64,000 bases of DNA from Okamejei kenojei (Eukaryota): NCBI GenBank assembly GCA_035221665.1, contig CM069156.1:29574001-29638000 (forward strand), written 5' to 3'. The stretch's first letter is position 1, and the number at the start of each line of letters is the position of its first letter. The translations under genes were made by a program, and so were the position numbers. The notes under the pieces are model-generated. The model was not told where the DNA came from. It did no database searches and saw nothing but the letters and a program-made list of their open reading frames with translations. Positions 11,073-24,600 of this stretch are shown here, piece after piece.

Positions 11073-14000
11073 TTTTTTTTTTTTTTTTTTTTTTAAATAA
11101 TTTTTAATTAGTGAACGATATATACCAAGTACAACTTCTTTCCGACATTGATATATATACAATAGTATAAAATTTTATACGTTGATTATTAATGTATACT
11201 ATTTATGATAATTGTGAATTATCCATTATACAATTTCCTTTATAATTATTATTATTTATTTTATATAATTGGGGGTATATGTAGTATATATCCTAATATA
11301 ATTAATACACTTAGATTTCTCAAACATAGATATTTCTTCTAATTACAATATAGAAAATCCCCGGGCTAATTTACCTACGTAATACCCAATCTCTTAAACA
11401 ACATTTTTTTTTAATATTCCATACTGATGTTTGTATCAAAGTATTAATAATGTATAGTATATTACTTAATTTTTAATATTTCATAGTTTATTGTAAATGG
11501 AAAGTACATAGATTTATTATAGCATTTTACAAGTTAAGTACAATTCTATAATCTTTTTCATACATACAAGAATAAGTGTGTTACATATTTAAAAAATTTG
11601 GTGTTATAATATGATATGTTTCTATAATTTTTTCTTAAATAAAGAATAGATAAGAAAAAAAAGGAAAAGAAAATAGAAAAGAAGGTATGAAAAGTTTGAT
11701 GGAGATTAAAGTATTACTAAGTAATCCAATCTTTGGAGATACATACTGATTTGTTATGTGGTATTTCTTTCATCCACTCTGAATAGGCTCAGTCAATCCC
11801 TGAGCCGAACCAGTGACCCTGTAGATATTTAATATAGGGAGACCATATCTCCTGAAGAGATCTCTAACCTGTAAATACGGACAGGTCCTCAATCTCTCCA
11901 AGTGAAGTGTCATCCGTCATTTCTGTATTCAACATTTTAATTTGTGGGGATACATGGGGCCTTTCCAAAATTTTAATATTAATTTTTTCCCAAAATATAA
12001 AGAATAGTCGATAAGTTCTATGATTCCTTGATAATTATTTGTTTCCATTTCCTGGTTATTTCCAAGTATGAAATTAACTTTGGGTTCTTTAATTCAATAG
12101 TAATCTTATATACTTTCGAGATTGATTAAATATTTTCATTCCAATATAGTAAAACTCGTGCAATTAGTAAAATGAATGCGACGAGTGCTTCCAGATTTGA
12201 CATTATATCACATATAGGTGATAGTTTTGGAAATAAATTGACGTTTAAGATTTAGAATTAAATGTAAACTATGTAAGATTTTAAATGTATAATGCATTTT
12301 AGCGTTTCAAAGCAGCAATAAATGTATACTGTTTGGTAGGCTTTCTCTTCCCATATTTATCTGGACTTATTATGTGAACTTTGTTTCATTTCCAGCGCTG
12401 TTATGTATTTTCCGATATGGATATCACTTTCCAACAAATTGTTATAAATTGTAATGATATCATAATTTTTTCTGTATATTTGTTGGTGTTTATTCAAGCA
12501 TTCATCTAAAATTTCACCTTTTTACTATTTCTAAGTTCCTTGTGTATTTGCGGAAATATAGTTTCTGATTGTCTACAATATCTGAAATCTTCATTATTAA
12601 TGAAGGCACCGTAAGTTTGTTGTAATTCTTGAAATGAAAGAAATGAATTATCCTTTCAGAGAGATGCCCCTATGTTTTTAGGAATTCCTTATATTTTTCC
12701 ATTTGTGTAAAAGCTTTATCCATCATTGACGGTTTAGACAACGTAAAATTAATTGGCAATTGTCAACGAGCTAGCCGGTAAAACTATTTTAGTTTTTAGT
12801 GTCTTCTTTCTCTTATTTGTTTCCAATACGTATTCCTCCACTTTCATTAATCAGATTTTCCGCTATAATTTCTCTTAGGTTACAGTAATATTAGCAAATA
12901 TTATAGAGCTAATTTCAAATGGAAAACAGTCTTCTCTTCCATTTTTAACCAATTTCGGTCTTATTATCTATTTCCTCCTAACCAAAAATTCATATTTCTA
13001 ATATTAACTGCCCAATAAAGAACATAAAAGTTTGAGTAAAGCTAAAACCCCCGTTTCATTTTAGCTTTACATAAATGTTGGTTTTTTATTTAATGTCTTA
13101 TGATTTTTATGTAGTCCCAAAATAAAGTTAGGAACTATTGAGTCTACTTTTTTAAAGAAAGTTTTAGAAAGGTATATCGGGATTGATTGAAATAAATATT
13201 AATTAATTTGTGGGAGGAAAATCATTTTATTCGTAACATTATTTTACGCCTAAGCATTGAGGATCTAAAGGTAGTAGCTTTTCCAATAAGATATATTTTT
13301 AATTTTATTTAATGTACTTCACTAATAAAACCGGGAAAATTTGAGCATTTAAAAATAAAAGGATTCACAATGCTTTTTGTAACAAAAAATACCAAGATAT
13401 TTAATATTTTCATGTGTTATCTTGAAACGGAAAATTGGTTGTAATCTGTAAATTTAATCTCATGGTTATTGGCACTAAGTTCACTTTATTCCAATTGATT
13501 GCTATATCCCGAAATTAAAAAACCAAATTCCGTTATTAAGTTTTTAAAAAAACAAATTACAGCATCCTTACATATTTCCCAGGTATTATTAGAGTAATAT
13601 AAAGTATTATATATCGTTCCGCATATAACGAGATTTATATTTCTTAGTATCTTTAGTATCGTATTCCATAATATTTCTGGATGTCTAGTCTTACCCTTTG
13701 AGCAAGGGGTGCGATCCCCATGCTAACGCAAACAGTAATGCGGTGATAAAATAGGACAGCCTTGTCTACAAACCTCTAGAGAGAAACAAACTTAGGTTGA
13801 ATAAACAATATAATTTGTTATTATTCTAGACTAGCTGTTGGATTTTGCGAGCTATAATATTTCAATCCAAGTAGTAAACTTATCACCAAGCTTAAAATGC
13901 TCCATCACCGAAAATAGATAAGGCCATACCACCCTGGTCACAAAAGCTTTTTCTTGCATCCAACGAGAATGACACTACTAAATCTGTTGTTCTAACACTT

Positions 14001-17000
14001 CTTTTCGAGATTATATACACATAAAGTAAATAACCGTCTACATTATATGAAAAATTATCTTAGGTATAAATCCTGATTTGATCAGGATGAATTAAATTCA
14101 TAACAATTTTGCTTTGTCTTAGTGCAAGAATTTTTGTTAAAAATCTTGTTGGATCAGTATTTAATAAAGCAATTGCACTATTAAACGATCATGGTTCATC
14201 CAAGCCTTTATTTATTTTGGGTATAACGTGTTTATAATAAGATGCGTTCAATGTCCTGTATGGTATCATTCTTCACTCGTGTATATATTATCTGATTCAT
14301 ATATGATTTTTAAATATGGGACCATTTGGGCGATGAAATAACTTTTATTAAAATTCCGAGCACTATACCATCTTGGTCCCTGGAGTATTTAACCATTTTT
14401 AAAGATTTAATAGATTCTTGGATTTTCTTTATATTGAATATCGCATTTAAAAATCCTCTATTTTGGGTAATATCTAATTCTTTAGTTACATTCCATGTAA
14501 AAAGGCATCCTATTCTTGTTTAGTTTTTTACTGTTTGCTTGAACCAGTATACAATTTTACTAAATGCTTAATCCTTTTCACATTAATATCCTTGGGTTTG
14601 CTATTAATAATTCACCGTTTTGTGATTTAATAATCCCTTATGTATTTTTTATTCCGCTTAATTTTCCTTAATAGTCCGAGCCAATAGATTTTGTGGGTTG
14701 GTCTCCAAAATTCAAACAACCAAATTGTTTTAGTAATATTGTCTGGTAACTATTTAGAACTTGATAAACAGTAATATATTTTTATACCCTATTTATAATT
14801 AAATACTGTCATGACTACAAATCTTTATTATGGTTAATTAGTTATCTGATCTGTTTATCTATTGTTTGATCTCCTTCTAAGATTTGTGAGCATCCTCCGC
14901 TGAATATGGAATGTTTGAATCTCCCTTTTTCAGATATCATGTTGTAGTTCCTCTTCCGAAGAACTTTAAATGTTTATATTGGAATGAAGAAATCATTTCC
15001 TGGTCCTCGAAGATATTTGCTTTCAAAATGTTCCCATCTTCCAATATGAAGTATTCCTGAGTTGTTTTTATTTTTTTAAAATTTCTGGTTTGATTGTCTA
15101 GATTTATTTCCTAAAAACACATCTTATATATATCAAAACTCAGGTTACCACGTGATGTATTCCCGAGTTTGTGTTACCATTTAATTTTTACCCTAAATTT
15201 TGTGGATGGTTAAGTTTCTTTGTCTCCTATTAGTTTATACCACATTTAATTTTAATAGCCCCTTGTGTAATCGATGGTAACGCGTGAACTCTGGAAATCA
15301 TAGTAAAATATTATGATACAGATTTTGGTCATTCATAAGTAATGAAACGCCTACAGTTCTCCGCCCCCCTTGGCAATCTACGTAGGAAGATCTTAATCTA
15401 TTCTATTCTTGTATAGTTATTATATGTACTATTGCGAGTAGTTGAAGGAATTTCTCGGACCAGTAGATATTTATCTTGACTTACTCCCAACTTCTATTAA
15501 TGTCGTTTTGAATAGTATGCGTTTAATAAATCCTAGAGTGTGCGATTTAGTTTTCCTTTGTCTTTTTGAGATTCATCTAAATAAGGCGTCTAATGTACAA
15601 TACAAAGCTCCTCCAATTTATCAAACCTTGTAGTGTTTAATTCCTGTGAATATTATTAAGTACTTCTAAAGAATGAAGGAACTACAAAATTTTGGACCAT
15701 AAAGATGTATCAAAAAATCCATTTCGTTATCCCTATTTAATTTCTCCTATTACAATAATCAATCTGCACATCTAATCAGACATATAGTAGATATATTGAT
15801 TAAATAAAGTCTCTTTCGAAAAATATTTACGCGCTACCTCCTTTGAATTTTGCGCGTTAATAGGAAGAGTGAGTATATTTTATCTATCCATTTAGCTTTT
15901 AGCCTATTACTTCAGCTCTTTCTTTATGGTGAGTATTCTTGAAATGTATAATACTACATCTGCATTCTATTTTGCCTTTAAATGTTGCCATTTTTTTCCT
16001 CTTTTTATGGTTGCCATTTGAATACCTTTAACATGTCCAACTGCAAACAGTGGTTAATCCACCTCGTATCCCTCAATTTCATTTTTAAATCCTGCATTTT
16101 AGATTGTGGAATCTTAGAATAGGGTCACCAAAGGGTCCGACGACCAGTCAAGACTAGACTTAACCTTACCACCCGAACACCGAGTAGAATGAAATTTTAG
16201 ATCTTTCTTATGTGCTATCGACCGAGGTGTATAATCTCCATTGTTCCAGTTTAACTCAATTCAAACTGAGAGAAAAATAGATAATATTAAACATTAAAAA
16301 CATGGATGAGCAAGTGAATAAACAAGCTTAGATAGGAGTGTATAAAGAATAAGAATAACTACAAATAAAAAATTTGTCATGTTTGTGAAAGCCAAGTTGT
16401 GTTGGCCATTAATCTACAAGGCTTAATCTTACGGCAAATTGATGTTTTTTAATTTAGCCAGCTCCTAATTATTAAACAACGGAAACTTATCTATTCCATC
16501 AAGTAATATTCTAAACACACGGGAATTAGATATTAATAGAATGAAAGGTGAGTGATATTTAACATTAAATGTTATATATCTAAATGGTTAGTTTTAAAAA
16601 AAAAAAAAAAAATCCAATTATAAAAGACCACAGTTATAAAACAAAATTTTCTTAGGGGGGTAAAATAATAACTATAAAACCAACATAGAAGTCATTAATT
16701 ATAAAAAGGAGAAAATATATGAACGGAGAAGGGATATCCCCATCATGTTAACAGGACTATAATAATTATTAATATATACAGTAGTATTTAGTTAGCGATG
16801 GTGCAGATCTTGGTTAATAAACAGTCCATACGTATGAAAAAAGACGCGCGTTAGCATTTTAGTAGGTGTGTTATGTTAATGTAGTTCCGGTTGAAGTCTT
16901 CTCAATCTGGCAAACATTTCGTTCCATAGGACAGTCCCCCCCCCCCCCCCGTTTCGCATTCCTTCTGATTTTATCTACATTCCCATATAGTCGTATCAAA

Positions 17001-18535
17001 GTTTCATAAAATGTCAAGGGGAGCGACTGCGTGCTAGGTCTTTCTTTCTTCCGACATTGTCCATTCATTCTGATTCTTCTAATTTCCAATGTGTGTCGTA
17101 GAGGTTTTACATTAAACTTGTCAAGAGACGTGGCTAGGTCCTTTAAACAATAGAAAAGGCAGCTATATATGCTTGTAGATGGTTTTACTCAAGTGTTACA
17201 AACTGTCTTGGCAAAATTCCATTTGCTTCTGCGTAGGAATGAGTCTTGAAAAAGTGTTCCACGATTTAGTATCTAAGTAAAAACTTCGTAAAAGGTGGCG
17301 GGTTAATTCGAAGACCGTATCTTCAAGTTTTTCTAACACCCCTCATAAGGGTTTTTGCGGGCTTCGGTTTAAACGCTTTTTCGTTTTTCTGGCAACCTCT
17401 GTGGATAGTCTCGGATAGATACTGAATTACTTTTGTCCTTGAAACATCGCAGGATTCTTTGTTTCTCGAGGCTCTATTCTGCCATAATGTCCGCGAGGGT
17501 GAAAATCATTTTGTAACTTTAACAAATGATGTTGTCTGGTGGGGTGGCCATTTGTACTGTCTGGTCTTCTTCTGCCGACTCGTGTGCACGAGCTAAAAAC
17601 AGGCATATCACCAAAGATAAAACAGCTTGCAGTATTTAGCATGAATTCTCGAGTGTCCTTCGTGTTTCTCTAAACCCTACCTTCAGGAATCCCTGCCAAT
17701 CCTCAAGTTCTGCCTTCTTTGATACCTTCAGCTGCGTGTGCATTTTATCTGTTACTTTGGATAACAACTCAGTAGACGTTCTTGTTCTGTTATCAGCTTT
17801 GCTGTAGACACAGTAACTAGCCTCCGCTAACCTTTTCAAGGTTTTTAATGCCGACAACTTGTTGTTCCGACCACTTTTGCAATAGGGTCAATCTTATGTG
17901 TTTAAAGTCGTTTTTTAAAATTTTCAAGTTACATAACCCTCCATCTTGCTTTCCAAGTTTATTAATCATCTAACATTGATATACCATTCTCAATATATCT
18001 GAGATTCTCTCTTGAACTAATTATCAATTTGCCTCTTAACTTTTTGAAATTCACGCCATTGATTTTTCATCAAGTCCATCTGATTATTAATTTAAGATAT
18101 TTCTTCCTTAGATCTCCTGAGTATTACTTTCATTTCTTCTTTATAACTTCATTTCACGTTTAAAATCAGCCCACTGATAGAAATAAAAGTTATCAAGTCC
18201 TCACCTATCCTGTGTCCTGCATTCCTGGAAACGTCTTCCACGGAGCTGGCCCTACTCGAGTCCGCAGGCTTCTCCAGGCCTTCTCCCGTCTCCCGGGATT
18301 TATCGACCCTATCGTTTTCCTCGGTAGTAGGGCTACCGTGCCCATAATCCCGCAGGCTGCTGCACGTCAGCCGGATACCGTCAGGTGTAGAGGCGGCAGA
18401 TGTGAAAGCAGTCGATACGCATACCCTCCACAAGTGTTTAAAATCTTAACAAAATCCCCGTTTTTATTATTAGCAGAATTTTTGCGGAGCTGCTGGTGCT
18501 GTGGCTTACTACTTCCATACGCCACCCTGGAAGTC
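11073..18535 (-). mobile_element. Full-length L1 LINE (~7.5 kb), AT-rich; ORF1 ~18300-17190, ORF2 ~16100-11800, both frameshifted
   Basis: Poly(A) tail seen as T22 at 11073-11094. GC-rich 5' end GACTTCC.GGGTGGCG. Minus-strand motifs: ORF1 GIPEG and IYPDYP-like; RT SLDAEKAF-like (~13960) and CRQGCP (~13755); C-terminal EIWSPYIKYL (~11830). Confidence 0.9.
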
Positions 18536-18619
18536 AGCTTATATAGAGGAGAAACTTTGAGATCAGTCCATGGAGAGATGCAAGTTGTTCACATTGTTGA
18601 CTGAATTGATTGCAAGATC

Positions 18620-18955
18620 GCATGAAATATAGTTCCCTTCAACCCACCATATTCCCACGCTCGCCGGCCATCGATCGCCTGTGTCACCACACTGGTTCTA
18701 TGTTGATCCCCACTTTCACTCCACTCCTACACACTGGATAATTTATACAGAGGGCACACGTTTTATCCCTACAAAGCCTCAAGGTCTTGTTGATGTGGGA
18801 AGCCAAAAAAAACGAGAACCCGAGGTAATCCCATGCGGTCAGCAGGGAGAATGGTGTAAAAAACTGAACAAAGACAGCACCGGAGGTCAGGATCTCGAAC
18901 CCAACGGGGTCACCCTCTGCACTTTGAGCAGGCCTGCTCTATCAGCTGTAGCCAC
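18620..18955 (-). mobile_element. V-SINE (indel-rich copy)
   Basis: Reverse complement of V-core and head (GTTCTATGTTGATCCCCAC...AGACAGCACCGGAGGTCAGGATC.GAACCC). Confidence 0.7.
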
Positions 18956-18984
18956 TAGACCGCGGTCTGTTAGTGTAATTGAAA

Positions 18985-19095
18985 GTGAAGATAGACATAG
19001 AACGATGGAGTAATGCAGCGGGTCAGGTAGCATCTCGTCTCGGAAAAAGAATTGGTCGTCTTTCGGGTCGAGACCACTTCTACAGACTGATGGAT
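18985..19095 (-). mobile_element. Penelope-terminus-derived short element
   Basis: GATAGACA...GGAGTAA..CAGCGGGTCAGG.AGCATCTC...TTTCGGGTCGAGACC..TTC.ACAGACTGAT. Confidence 0.7.
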
Positions 19096-19779
19096 TATAG
19101 CAGGGAAGAATGAGGAGACAGGGTACAAATGGCCATCTCTAAAAGGTGTGAATGCCACTTTTCCGATTTGACCTTAATACTTCAGAGGTACTATATTACA
19201 CTTGAGTTTCTTCACAATTTGCGAATAGGCCTTCTCAATAATCTACAAATGCTGGTCCTTACACTGTGAAATTATTCACTGGAGCGAGCCTGTAGCAAAC
19301 ACACCTGCATACTTAGAGCCTGTAAATGCAAGCACAAGCCAGGTGCTTATCATCGCTATCTGAATATACGTGTCTGGAGTGATGTTAATCTGATTCCCGG
19401 ACCTCGATGCTCCACACCTTCTGCGTTTTTTATGGCCAGTTTCCCGGTTGGAGGGCTCTGACATACATTAACACACCCCCGTCCCTTATGACTGATTTAA
19501 CCGCGCGAGAATCACATGGCATGTGCCGGAATCGGAATTATTGCGACTATCACCACTCGGTAAAACTGTCCACACAGCTTTCAATCTGGCAGTTGTTAAC
19601 AATGCTCTTCAAGTGCTCAAGAACTCAAGAGGTCGAGCTGATCAGGCAGTTGCCTGCAGAGGAGCGGGATGGATAAGCCAACTTTTTGTGTCTCGGCGGG
19701 ACCCCTTCTCATCAAGACTTGAATCCATCTACCAGCCCTTGCATCATGGGTTATACACCGTGCCACAGAGGTTATACAA

Positions 19780-19990
19780 AAGAAAACAGGTGAGTTGTCC
19801 CCAGTGTCCGAACCAATATTTACCCCTCAACCTAGTCACATAGAGGTTTCATCAATTGCTGCCAGTTTGAACTTGATGTGCACATAATTGGCTTCCACGT
19901 TTGCCATGTCCCTGCTGTGGAAGCGATTGAAATAAAATAATAAATTGGCCGTAAAGCAGTCTCAAGTCATGAAAAGCCCTATCAGTGCAA
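19780..19990 (+). mobile_element. Deu-domain SINE remnant
   Basis: AAGAAAACAGGTGAGTTGTCCCCAGTGTCC..ACCAATATTTACCCCTCAACC...TGTGCACATAATTGGCT...TTGGCCGTAAAGC..TCATGAAAAG. Confidence 0.55.
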
Positions 19991-20571
19991 ATTATTCGTT
20001 ATTTAGTGGAAAGCAGGCATGGATAAAAATGGTAAATTGACAGACTATAGCTGGAAGTAAAGGGTACAGAGCTGCCGGCTCAGCCCAAATCACTACACAA
20101 TGGATGGTTGCTCACTGTTCAAGGTGCCTGATTTGTTTCGTCGGAAGGTGAGGAGAGATAAGCCGAGAGTAACAATGAGGGAATTGGTTCACTGACCTTT
20201 CAGAAATCATCACAAGCAGCAGGATGTTCTGTCCAGGAACTATCATGGTGAAAGGATATATATAAAAATAAAGCCAGGCAGCACAATGAGATGAATGGCA
20301 CAAAGATAAAGGCAAGGCCTGACCAACTGCTGAGACGGGAAACAGGCTCAAATTTGCAACAGCAAACCTCAGGGAGATTAACCCACAAAAAACACAACTG
20401 TTTCATTAGACGAGCTACACAGAATATTTGAATAGGGTGTGGGAGGATTGGAACCTTTGGGTCACTCATGAAAAAAAAAAAAATCTTTCTATTTGTGGTC
20501 CAAAAAGGTTGCATTGTGCTGGAGAACAGATTTCTGCAACTAAAATTCAGAGTACATAGCTGCAAACCTTT

Positions 20572-20657
20572 GGGGGGGGGGGGGGGTCTCTCTCTCTCTC
20601 TCTCTCCTCCCCCCCCCCCCTCTCCTCCCGCCCCCCCTCTTCCCCCCCCCCCTCCCT
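20572..20657 (+). repeat. G-run, (CT)n and C-rich low-complexity tract
   Basis: Direct reading. Confidence 0.8.
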
Positions 20658-21552
20658 AAAGTAATTTAGAAGGCTTCAAACCTTATTTCTGCGATGGGGC
20701 ACTCAGTTACTTTGGTACTGAAACCTCCATATAGATTAATTTTAACTTGATGTTAATCATGTGATTTTGCATAGATGAATGTGACACATAAAATAAGTAA
20801 GGAATGTAGTGCAACTATGTATATAAAAAGGGCATCAGCATTTGTTTTATTCTTTGCTTGTAGATTGTCATAAAAGGCACACTTGTATAAGGAAAGGTCT
20901 CACAGTACAGTGTGTAAATGATGCAACGTCAAGGGAATGTCCCCTGAGATGAACATTATTGTCTTGGAAGAAACAGGTTTTAAGTCTGAATGACTTCGAG
21001 GTTCATAAAAGGAAGCCTAGTTATAAATCAAATGCAATCTTTCTATTCCTAACTAGGTGACAGCTTTACTAAACCGTGACAGTTCTGTCTCCACATATTC
21101 AGTAGAGGGGAAAAAAACGTGTCACAGGAGTTCACGTTTCTCGGCTGCTGCTGCTACCTGTTTACAATTTCCACTCCAGCTTCTTAATTAAGTTAAGAAG
21201 CTGGACAGACAATTCCCCTGTGCACCCACTTTCACAGGCAGAAAGGCTTGGAGAGATTGCTGATGATATCTCGGTATGGAGGTGAAAGTTTAATTGTTTC
21301 TTTTGATCATTGCCATTGGCATGGAAGGTCTTGTCTCCCATCCCACCTCCCCTTGTATCTGTATCTGAGCACACAACCTATCACTCGGCCATTCTCCAGA
21401 CAGGGGAAGCTCCTGACTATATGGCACCGAGGAGTCAGTCATTTTCCAAAAGGTTGCAGCGGATCAGACAAGGTGGGCGCAGACACTCACTGCAAGGACC
21501 TTGAAGCCTATAAGGATAGGCCATATTTAAGGCCACCAGCCTCTAAGATTCT

Positions 21553-21640
21553 GAGACTGAAGAAGAGTCTTGACCCAAAACATCACCCATTTCTTGCTGC
21601 CTGTCCTGCTGAGTCATTCCAGCATTTCGTGTCTAGCCTC
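21553..21640 (+). mobile_element. Penelope-terminus-derived short element (decayed hammerhead motif)
   Basis: CTGAAGAAGAGTCTTGACCCAAAACATCACCCAT...GCTGCCTGTCCTGCTGAGT. Confidence 0.7.
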
Positions 21641-21684
21641 TAAAGATTACTCACCTTGGCATGCGGGCATGCTGAGCCCGACCT

Positions 21685-21840
21685 CTCTCACCAGGGTAGA
21701 CACGTCGAAGAACATGGAACGCAGCTTTAAGGTGAGAGGGGCAAAATTTAAAGGAGATGTGTGAGGCAAGGATTATTACACAGAGGGTGGTCGATGCCAG
21801 TAACGCACCTCCAGGGGTGACGGTGCAGGCAATTAGGATA
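21685..21840 (+). mobile_element. CR1 fragment
   Basis: TTTAAGGTGAGAGGGGCAAAATTTAAAGGAGATGTG...ACACAGAGGGTGGT. Confidence 0.8.
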
Positions 21841-21849
21841 GAAGAGACT

Positions 21850-22260
21850 ATGGCCAAGCCAAACATGATGCCACGTTATCTTCTCTGCCTGTGTGTGATC
21901 CATATCCCTCCATTCTCTGCAAACCTATATGCCTGTCCAAAAGCCTTTTCAAAGCCACTATTGTATCTGCCTCTAACACCACTCCCAGCAGTGTGTTCCA
22001 GGCACCCACCACTCTCTGCGTAAACAACTTGCCATGCATATCTCCTTTAACTCTGCCTCTCTCACCTTAAAGCTATGACATTTCCAACCTGGGAAAGACA
22101 TAATGACTGTCTACCGTACCCTAGGCTCTCATAATATTATATACTCCCCTCAACCTATAGGTCTCCTCTCAAACTATGATGTTCCAGTTTGGCCAATCCT
22201 CTGCTAGTAAGTAATAACTTCTTATCCCGGCAGCATTCTGGTAAACCTCTAGTGCACCCT
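21850..22260 (-). mobile_element. CR1 3' fragment
   Basis: ORF 21848..22039: FTQRVVGAWNTLLGVVLEADTIVALKRLLDRH. Confidence 0.85.
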
Positions 22261-22404
22261 CATATGAAGCTGGTTACGTCATTGCTGTCAGTTAAGCTGA
22301 TGGGAAAGACCTCAGCTTCATCCCATTTAAAAGGTACCTCTGACACCACCACAGCCCCTCAGTGTGTCAGAATGTCAACCTCAGTCAAATTTTGAATTCA
22401 ATTA

Positions 22405-22705
22405 ATTGAACGATGCAGCATGGAAACAGGCCCTTCAGCCCATGAAGTCTGCGCTGACCATAGCTCGCCTGTTCACACTAGTTCTATGTTACCCACTTTC
22501 CCCTCCACTCCCTACACACTACGGGCAATTAACCTACAAACCTGCACGTCTTTGGGACATGTGAAGAAACCGGAGCGCCCGGAGGAAACCTACGCAGTCA
22601 CAGAGGAAATGTGCAAACTCCACACAGACAGCACGCAAGGTCAGGATCGGACTTGGGTCTCTGCCGCTGTGAGGCCACGTCTCTACTAGCTGCACCACTG
22701 CTCTG
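22405..22705 (-). mobile_element. V-SINE
   Basis: CAGCATGGAAACAGGCCCTTC...AACCTACAAACCTGCACGTCTTTGG...GCAAACTCCACACAGACAGCAC...GCTGTGAGGC. Confidence 0.85.
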
Positions 22706-24014
22706 CCAATATTCTGATGTTTATGGAGTTCACCTTTTGATTCTAATTTGAGATGGCCATTCAGCAAGAATTCACTGATCAGTCTGATCATCAGAAATGT
22801 TTTTAGACCTCACGGATTCTAACCTTTTCTAGCGAAAAACTATAGAATGAAATTTCTGGCACTACGAATTAGGGGAAATTGTCGATTTTCTTGACACTTT
22901 TAAAAAACTGCTATGTACAAGTCGACATGCTTAAAAGCTTGCGGGGAAACTCTGTGACATTCACAACTAGAAACGCTGCAGGAACTCTGGAATTTAGCAG
23001 CATTGAAAGACTCCAGGTTCATAAAGGAGAGTGGGAAAGAAAATAATTGTTATTAGCTTTCTGCTGCGCTGTTGACAGAGCCAGTTAGCATCAGTGTCAA
23101 ACTGCTCAATGTTACGTGGCAGATCATCTGAATAACTCTCAGAGCTCGGCATATTCTCAGGCACAAAGTGCAGAGGGAAACTGATAGCCTTCACTGGACT
23201 CCGTGACCAGCTGTAGTTCCTCAAAGCAAGTTCATGCCTCAGCTAATTGACTAATTCGCTGAGAGATATTTGCTGACATTTAGAGGTTAGCACAGCGTTC
23301 CTTGTTATCGCTTTCCCATCCCTGCCTCCATAGAGATGTTAGCCTTCTTTCAAGGTAGTCCCCCCCTCCCAATCCCCACCACCTGCGCAATACTAACCGA
23401 TCGCAGGTGAACCTCTAAGAGCCTTACATCTCCATCTGTGTGAAGAGTATGGTGTCCCCTGAACATCACAATACCACTGCCGTACAGTAGTCAGCCTGTG
23501 AGCCTCTACCCACCTCTCCCTGCAGTGTTATCTTTTGCACCTCACCATTCCCCACCTAAGGCCTTACCTATGGAGCATGTCCCACTGTCCATCTCTGTCT
23601 CTCTTAACAAACCACTGTGTCCCTGTAGCCCTCTGTAAGCAGTGCAGACGCTCTACATCTGCAAGAAGGCGCCAGAGCTTTGTGACAATTTGTGTGCTGG
23701 TCCCAGAGGAGGATCTACTATCACTTGGTCCACTCCTTTAAAAAATCCCTTCCACCTTTTGTACTTCTGTATGGCTTGACTGTACTCAGGTATAGCATCA
23801 TCTGATTGGATTGGACAGCAAGCAAACAAAAGCTTTTCACTGTACCTCAGTAATAATAACCCTGTACCTAAACATAAAGCTTACCGTGCAGCATTATGTT
23901 TCTGTGTCTCTCTCTCTCTTCCCTCTGACAGTACAGATTCCTCCCTCTCACTGTCACACGTCTCTGTACACTGTGCCTTAGGATATTTTACACATTCTGT
24001 GCATGATGATGAAA

Positions 24015-24290
24015 GGTACAGCGTAGAAACAGGCCCATCAGCCCACCCACGCTGACCAGTCTTCACCCGTTCAAACTAGTTCTATGTTATCCCATTTACT
24101 GATCCACTCTCAACACACTAGGGGTAATGAACCTACAAATCCGCAAGTCTTTGGGATGTGGGAGGAAACCGGAGCACCCGGAGAAAACCTGTTAGGTCCG
24201 TACAAACTCCACACTGACAGAATCTGAGGTCAGGATGGAACCTGGGTCTCTGGCGCTGTGAAGCAGCAGCTCTACCAACTGTGCCACAGT
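24015..24290 (-). mobile_element. V-SINE
   Basis: TACAGCGTAGAAACAGGCCC...GGAGGAAACCGGAGCACCCGGAG...GCAGCAGCTCTACCAACTGTGCCAC. Confidence 0.85.
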
Positions 24291-24291
24291 T

Positions 24292-24600
24292 ACCAGGTGG
24301 ACAGAGATAAAGAGTCAGGGATGTTCTTAACGCCACTTTGAAAAGAACTGAAGTATTGTTACTGACCCAGAGGACCCTTGCCCATGACCACTCAAAATGG
24401 AGAAGAAGAATTTGTGTGGCTTTATGATCTGCTAATCTATGTGATGGGAGAACCCGGTGAGAACAATGGAAGCAGTGGACTGTGTGCCTACTTACAAACC
24501 TTGCCAAGCATCTCCTGGCCCGCCTGTGACAAACCCCACAGCCACAGCAGCCATCTCACAACTCACAGAACTATCGCGCATCTGATCCTGAGGGACTGTT
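24292..24600 (+). mobile_element. RTE-clade LINE 3' remnant
   Basis: Translates RDVLNATLKR...TLAHDHSKWRR (RTE 'LAxDRxxWR' motif), then a C2H2-like PACDK...SHLTTH and a GAGGGACTG end. Confidence 0.5.

Noticed and set aside
18536-18550. Target-site duplication for the L1
   Set aside because: The flanks (CAGGAATA vs CAGCTTATA) do not match convincingly, and the region is error-rich.
19523-19843. 106-aa ORF with a CAG|GTGAGT donor at ~19789
   Set aside because: The donor lies in a Deu-SINE remnant; the peptide resembles nothing I recognise.
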